From: an archaeon
GTDB taxonomy: Archaea > Nanobdellota > Nanobdellia > Woesearchaeales > GW2011-AR9
Direction of reading: 5' to 3'
Assembly (NCBI GenBank): GCA_030704845.1
Contig: JAUYKZ010000016.1
Location: 1-20,324, forward strand
Length of the DNA stretch: 20,324 nucleotides
Shown here in pieces: positions 16,195-20,324 of the stretch. The position numbers were made by a program, and so were the translations under genes. Position 1 is the first letter of the stretch. Every line of letters starts with the position of its first letter. Under the pieces are notes generated by a model that did not search any database, was not told the DNA's origin, and saw nothing but the letters and a program-made list of their open reading frames with translations.

Positions 16195-16202
16195 TTTATA
16201 TA
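16195..16202. promoter_or_regulatory. Box A TTTATATA, near-symmetric so potentially usable in either direction
   Basis: Plus strand: upstream of SD GGTGAT (16225-16230) and ATG 16235. Minus strand: TATATAAA lies upstream of the structured region at 16069-16180. Confidence 0.45.
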
Positions 16203-16234
16203 ACTCCCTCTAGCCAAGATTTTTGGTGATAAAG

Positions 16235-16357
16235 ATGAAGGTACAATTGTTTAGAAGGGGGAAATTAGTTGGGTTGGTAAGTCCGAAATATTATTTTGAT
16301 GAAGAACAAAAAATAGAAGCATTCTGGGAAGATTTGGAACTTCCAAAAATAAGTTAA
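16235..16357 (+). CDS. Small hypothetical protein (40 aa)
   Basis: Manual translation: MKVQLFRRGKLVGLVSPKYYFDEEQKIEAFWEDLELPKIS*. SD GGTGAT 4 nt upstream and box A at 16195. Too short for the ORF track. Confidence 0.5.
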   Translation: MKVQLFRRGKLVGLVSPKYYFDEEQKIEAFWEDLELPKIS

Positions 16358-16361
16358 AAAA

Positions 16362-16456
16362 AGCCCTCGCGGGGAATTGAACCCCGGACCTGTTGCTGTC
16401 TTAAATCAGTTAATTGATTTTACGAGGCAACCGCTATACCGCTAAGCCACGAGGGC
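16362..16456 (-). tRNA. tRNA-Thr (anticodon CGT) with a 23-nt intron at 37/38
   Basis: Minus strand: GCCCTCG TG GCTTAGCGGTATAGC G GTTGC CTCGTA [AAATCAATTAACTGATTTAAGAC] A GCAAC AGGTC CGGGG TTCAATT CCCCG CGAGGGC T. Acceptor, D, anticodon and T stems all pair. Intron occupies 16398-16420. Spliced length is 72 nt, discriminator U. Confidence 0.93.
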
Positions 16457-16494
16457 ATGGAAAAAGAGAGAATTTCTCTCCTTTTTAAACACTG

Positions 16495-16528
16495 AGAATT
16501 CCATTGTTTTATTAACTTATGGAATTCT
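16495..16528. terminator. Perfect 10-bp inverted repeat downstream of the minus-strand zinc-ribbon gene
   Basis: AGAATTCCAT (16495-16504) and ATGGAATTCT (16519-16528), 14-nt loop. Confidence 0.35.
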
Positions 16529-16560
16529 GGTATGATCAAAAGGAAACTAACTTAGATGGT

Positions 16561-16731
16561 TTATCCTTTTAACATGTTCTCAAGTAATTTATCCTTGGAA
16601 GGAAACTTTTTCTGACAATCGAAGCAAATGGGATATTGTTTAGAAGACCCAGGTTTATGGATTATCGTCCCTTTAAGCTTTCCAAGAAAAAGTTCTTTGA
16701 CTTCAGATTTACAAATTGAACATTTTACCAT
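16561..16731 (-). CDS. Small zinc-ribbon protein (56 aa)
   Basis: Manual translation: MVKCSICKSEVKELFLGKLKGTIIHKPGSSKQYPICFDCQKKFPSKDKLLENMLKG*. Two CxxC knuckles. Confidence 0.82.
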   Translation of the reverse strand: MVKCSICKSEVKELFLGKLKGTIIHKPGSSKQYPICFDCQKKFPSKDKLLENMLKG

Positions 16732-16784
16732 AATATCTAAAATATGGCTTTTCTTTTAAAACTTTCATTCCAAAAACCAATAAG

Positions 16785-16792
16785 TTTATAAG
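16785..16792 (+). promoter_or_regulatory. Box A TTTATAAG, leaderless spacing to ATG 16815
   Basis: Centre is about 26 nt upstream of the ATG. Confidence 0.5.
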
Positions 16793-16814
16793 TAGGCACT
16801 ACCGAGTCATTCTC

Positions 16815-17024
16815 ATGAAAGACGTTTGGAATGATTATACTGGTCGTAAAGAAGAACCAGTTGAAGATAGATCTATCATCCAACCTGACGGTAGCAGAGC
16901 TTGTTATAACTGGGAGTGTAGTGAAGGTTTCCAGAATGAAACATTTGAAGATCCTTCTACGATTGGTTTAGATGACAATGATGAAGCTGCACGTTTTCTA
17001 AGAGAAATTAAGCGAAAGTCATGA
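16815..17024 (+). CDS. Small acidic hypothetical protein (69 aa)
   Basis: Own box A at leaderless distance and a plausible soluble composition. The overlapping minus-strand ORF 16904-17200 has no comparable promoter support. Confidence 0.6.
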   Translation: MKDVWNDYTGRKEEPVEDRSIIQPDGSRACYNWECSEGFQNETFEDPSTIGLDDNDEAARFLREIKRKS

Positions 17025-17158
17025 AAAATTAGTCTATTAAGAACTAATTTTTGTGACGCCAGAGAAATATGGATGAATATTTTGTCTAAGGGTAGATTTT
17101 TCATATTTCTCTCTGCGTAACCACAAACAATATAAAACAGAGTTCTCCTCACGTAGGT

Positions 17159-18919
17159 ATGCGTAAACGGATAGCTGTAATTGATAGAAATAAATGTCAT
17201 CCAGACGAATGTGGAAATTATCTCTGTGCTAAATTATGTCCAGTAAATCGAGCCGGGGGAGATTGTATTCTTCCTGGAGTTCCAGACAAGAAAGCAAGAA
17301 TTGATGAGGTTCTATGTACGGGTTGCGGTATTTGTCCAAATAGATGTCCATTCGGGGCCATCACAATTATTAATCTTCCTTCTCAACTAAATAAAGAACC
17401 CGTTCACAGGTATGGGGAAAATATGTTTGAGTTATATTCTCTTCCAACTCCATTATTTTCTAAAGTGACTGGAATTTTAGGAAAGAACGGAATCGGGAAA
17501 TCAACGGCATTAAAAGTAATGGCCGGATTACTTACCCCAAATCTTGGAGACTGGAATAAAGAACCAGCATTTAAAGAAATAATCAATTATTTTAAAGGAA
17601 CAGAAACACAAAAATTCTTAGAGAAACTTCAGAAAAAAGAAATTACTTTATCCTATAAACCTCAGCAAGTTGATTTAATTCCGAAACAATATTCTGGAAC
17701 GGTTAAAGAATTATTGTCGAAAATTAATTTGGAGAGAGTTGAAGAAATTTCAAAGAAACTTCAATTAGGTCATTTTTTAGATACGGAAATTGCAAAAATT
17801 TCCGGAGGAGAATTGCAACGGGTAGCTATTGCGGCAGCAGTTCTAAAAGATGCCAACTTATTTTTATTCGACGAGCCAACGTCTTACTTAGATATTAAAC
17901 AAAGAGTTAACGTTTCAAAATTTGTTAGATCTTTAGCCAACGAATCAACAGCGACGATAGTTATCGAACACGATTTAGTTATTTTAGATTATATGACCGA
18001 CTTGCTTAATATTATGTATGGGCACGAAGGAGCTTACGGAATTGTTTCTGGTGTGAAAACATCTCGGGAAGGTATAAATGCTTTCTTGGATGGATTTTTG
18101 AGAGAAGAAAATATACGTTTCCGAGATCATGCAATCAAATTTGAAAAAACTCAACTCTCAGAAGAATCGATTCCTTATCCTTTAATTTCTTGGCCAAATC
18201 TTTCTAAGAAACTCGGCAATTTTAAGTTCAAGGCAGAAGCTGGAGTTATCCATCGAAATAAAGTGGTTGGTATACTTGGCGAAAATGGAATAGGAAAAAC
18301 ATCTTTCATTAAAATGTTAGCTGGAATTATTTCGCCAGATTCTGGAGAAATTGAGAAAGGAGTTAGGGTGGCATATAAACCTCAATACCTTGAAACAGAT
18401 TCCGATCAATTAGTGATGGCATTTCTAGAAAATGCAGTTGCAAAATATAGTAATCAATTAATTATTCCTTTAGGCATAGAACCATTACTTACCCAAAAAT
18501 TATCGGAATTATCTGGGGGACAATTACAACGGGTAGCTATTGTTAAATGTTTATCGCAAGATGCTGATTTGTTTTTGTTAGACGAACCATCTGCTTACTT
18601 AGATGTTGAACAAAGGTTGCTCGTATCTAAAATTATCAAAAATATTGTTCAAGAAAGAAGTATTTCGATTATGGTTGTTGATCATGATTTAATGTTTTTA
18701 GACCATATCTCTGACAATTTAATTGTCTTTACGGGTAAACCTGCACAAGAAGGTTTATTGCAAGGACCATTCATCATGGAAGAAGGAATGAATATTTTCT
18801 TAAAAGAATTGGGAATCACATTAAGAAGAGATCTTGGTTCACATAGACCTAGAATAAATAAAGAAGGTTCAGTAAAAGATAGAGAACAAAGAAATCAGAA
18901 TAGATGGTACTATAGTTAA
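17159..18919 (+). CDS. abce1: ABCE1 / RNase L inhibitor homologue, ribosome-recycling ATPase
   Basis: N-terminal 4Fe-4S Cys motifs (DRNKCHPDECGNYLCAKLCPV, CTGCGICPNRCPFGAI), two Walker A motifs (GILGKNGIGKST, GILGENGIGKTS) and two signature motifs (SGGELQRVAIAAA, SGGQLQRVAIVKC). Confidence 0.98.
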   Translation: MRKRIAVIDRNKCHPDECGNYLCAKLCPVNRAGGDCILPGVPDKKARIDEVLCTGCGICPNRCPFGAITIINLPSQLNKEPVHRYGENMFELYSLPTPLFSKVTGILGKNGIGKSTALKVMAGLLTPNLGDWNKEPAFKEIINYFKGTETQKFLEKLQKKEITLSYKPQQVDLIPKQYSGTVKELLSKINLERVEEISKKLQLGHFLDTEIAKISGGELQRVAIAAAVLKDANLFLFDEPTSYLDIKQRVNVSKFVRSLANESTATIVIEHDLVILDYMTDLLNIMYGHEGAYGIVSGVKTSREGINAFLDGFLREENIRFRDHAIKFEKTQLSEESIPYPLISWPNLSKKLGNFKFKAEAGVIHRNKVVGILGENGIGKTSFIKMLAGIISPDSGEIEKGVRVAYKPQYLETDSDQLVMAFLENAVAKYSNQLIIPLGIEPLLTQKLSELSGGQLQRVAIVKCLSQDADLFLLDEPSAYLDVEQRLLVSKIIKNIVQERSISIMVVDHDLMFLDHISDNLIVFTGKPAQEGLLQGPFIMEEGMNIFLKELGITLRRDLGSHRPRINKEGSVKDREQRNQNRWYYS

Positions 18920-19237
18920 TTAAATATCAAACTTCTTTGCAAATTCTCCAATCAACGGAATATCTTTCATTTTTCCTGAGAAAGAATAAACTAATCCTAT
19001 AATCCATAAAACGAAGAAAATCAAGGAGCCAATACCTTCTATAGCTGAACCCAAGAGTGGAATTTTTCCAGCTATTGAGACAATCATAAAAGCAATAGTC
19101 AGAACCAATCCTTGCTTTGCATAAAACATAGCATATTTGCTATCTCTTTTTGCGAGAAGAACTATTACAAATCCAACTATCCCTAGAAACACACCTAGGA
19201 AAGCCCATGCTTTATCTTCGCTATGTTTTTTTGCCAT
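18920..19237 (-). CDS. Small membrane protein, DUF4870/Tic20-like
   Basis: 'KYAMFYAKQGLVLTIAFMI...IGGKIPLLG...VLWIIGLVYSFSGKMKDIPLIGEFAKKF'-type arrangement. Three or so TM segments. Confidence 0.7.
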   Translation of the reverse strand: MAKKHSEDKAWAFLGVFLGIVGFVIVLLAKRDSKYAMFYAKQGLVLTIAFMIVSIAGKIPLLGSAIEGIGSLIFFVLWIIGLVYSFSGKMKDIPLIGEFAKKFDI

Positions 19238-19255
19238 ACTACTATAATTTATTTG

Positions 19256-20020
19256 TTATTTAAATAAGTTTCTACAATCATCCTTATACTTCTTCCAGAA
19301 TATCCAGAGAGAGATAATAATCATAACTGCACTCATCCATTGGCCAAGACTTAATCCAGAGTAAAGAACATCTTCTCGGTAGAAATCAACAACAAACCTT
19401 CCAAGACCTTCCCAAAATACAAAATTCCAAAAGATAAATCCTGGATTCCATTTTCTTTTTGTTAAAAAATACAACCAACCGGCAACAATGAATCTTTTTG
19501 CTGCAGCATATAACGTAGAAGGATGTCGGCAAATATCATCATAGTTAGGAAAAACTACGCACCATTTTCCATCCCAAACTCTCCCTACCAATTCTCCATT
19601 AATGAAATTAGCAATTCTTCCTAAGGCTAAAGCGATAATTGCGGGTAAGGAAAGAAGATCCGCTACGTCCCAGAAGTTTTTCTTCTTCTTTTTACAATAA
19701 TACCACACACTAGCTACAACCCCTACAAATCCACCATGAAAACTCATGCCTCCTTCCCAGATCTTAAGTATTCTTGTTATATCTGAAAGGTAGTATGATG
19801 GTTCCCAGAATATTTCAAATAGTCTGGCTCCAATGACTATCCCTAATATGATGTACAATAATAAATCCCAGACGTCATCTTTTGATAATTGTAATAAATG
19901 TCGATTTTTCTGAAGAAGCCAACCCGCAATAAGGAATCCTAAGACATAAACCAGACCATACCATCTGACTTCTAAAGGACCTAAATGGAAAATAGCCGGA
20001 TCAAGAGTATTAACATACAT
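19256..20020 (-). CDS. lgt: Prolipoprotein diacylglyceryl transferase-like protein (Lgt)
   Basis: 'VRWYGLVYVLGFLIA', 'GGMSFHGGFVG', 'LGRIANFINGELVGR', 'RHPSTLYAAA', 'FWEGLGRFVVDFYRED' and 'LSLGQWMS', with the key His, Arg and Asn positions present. Confidence 0.94.
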   Translation of the reverse strand: MYVNTLDPAIFHLGPLEVRWYGLVYVLGFLIAGWLLQKNRHLLQLSKDDVWDLLLYIILGIVIGARLFEIFWEPSYYLSDITRILKIWEGGMSFHGGFVGVVASVWYYCKKKKKNFWDVADLLSLPAIIALALGRIANFINGELVGRVWDGKWCVVFPNYDDICRHPSTLYAAAKRFIVAGWLYFLTKRKWNPGFIFWNFVFWEGLGRFVVDFYREDVLYSGLSLGQWMSAVMIIISLWIFWKKYKDDCRNLFK

Positions 20021-20101
20021 GGGGTGTTAGGATATCTGCTTTTTTATTAATCTTTTGGAACAATTGTTCTATCCTGAATTAGGTTGACACTTTTATTCAT
20101 G

Positions 20102-20324
20102 TGCAGTAAGAACTAAGAGGTTACTGCAAATGATAGAAAGGATGTATATCAACAAAAACAATAAATTAACTAAAAGTGATAGGATTTTAAGCTGAGAATT
20201 CCACTGGTCTATTGACCAGTGGTTTAGCGTAATTCTTAACAAGAGAAGAGTCTCTTTCCGGAAAGAAGAAGACCTAAAGCAAAAAATACCCTCTGGGCCC
20301 TATCCGTATAGGGCTGAGGGTCAA
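20102..20324. ncRNA. Candidate structured RNA, or precursor leader running past the window edge; strand undetermined
   Basis: Chain of hairpins: TGCAGTAA/TTACTGCA (20102-20128); TGAGAATT/AATTCTTA (20193-20238) enclosing perfect CCACTGGTC-TATT-GACCAGTGG (20201-20222); AAGAGA/TCTCTT (20241-20256); ACCCTC/GAGGGT (20288-20321) enclosing GCCCTAT-CCGT-ATAGGGC (20297-20314). No ORF of 60 aa or more. Confidence 0.4.

Noticed and set aside
16462-16490. Near-perfect AAAAAGAGAGAA/TTTCTCTCCTTTTT inverted repeat upstream of tRNA-Thr, considered as a regulatory hairpin.
   Set aside because: It coincides with the expected box A (TTTAAAAA on the minus strand) of the tRNA gene, and low-complexity purine/pyrimidine tracts explain the symmetry.
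16904-17200. 98-aa minus-strand ORF.
   Set aside because: It overlaps a promoter-supported plus-strand ORF and the abce1 start. The composition looks like a shadow frame.
20128-20196. ATGATAG / GTGATAG near CTGA looked like C and D boxes of a C/D sRNA.
   Set aside because: The C-like boxes match RUGAUGA poorly, the spacing to CTGA is too short for a guide, and there are no terminal stems.
16492-20203. 12-mer CTGAGAATTCCA occurs at 16492-16503 and 20192-20203, and CCACTGGTC occurs at about 16172 and 20201.
   Set aside because: A few 12-mer matches are expected by chance in 20 kb of AT-rich sequence, and the flanks do not extend the identity.
1-20324. CRISPR array, transposase, toxin-antitoxin or prophage signals.
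   Set aside because: No regularly spaced repeats, no transposase or integrase motifs, and no recognisable toxin-antitoxin pair on reading the ORFs and intergenic gaps.

Overview
This is a gene-dense archaeal segment. The archaeal assignment rests on Trm1, aEF-1beta, RtcA, ABCE1, a geranylgeranyl-reductase-type flavoprotein, TATA-box promoters about 26 bp upstream of leaderless starts, and two intron-containing tRNAs. The small genes and surface-protein types suggest a DPANN-like lineage, but that is inference. Most of the window is housekeeping: tRNA modification, MsrB, EF-1beta, small zinc ribbons, RtcA, an aromatic amino acid permease, Nudix, an OMPDC-family protein, ABCE1 and Lgt. I found no CRISPR array, transposon or clear defence island. 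The points most worth a second look are: (1) a secreted protein with a beta-barrel-like C-terminal half, in which an in-frame TAA cuts off a 16-codon tail ending in a classic 'GAGLKYQF*' beta-signal-like motif; (2) a clear Lgt homologue together with a small Cys-rich protein carrying a bacterial-type lipobox, in an apparently archaeal genome; (3) a stand-alone, 123-aa CARF-like Rossmann protein with no Cas genes nearby; (4) two structured intergenic regions (about 16.07-16.19 kb and 20.10-20.32 kb) that may encode unrecognised ncRNAs; (5) two tRNAs, Trp-CCA and Thr-CGT, with relaxed BHB introns; (6) non-canonical spacing of the active-site motif in the OMPDC-like protein; (7) a half-size, 6-TM MFS protein.
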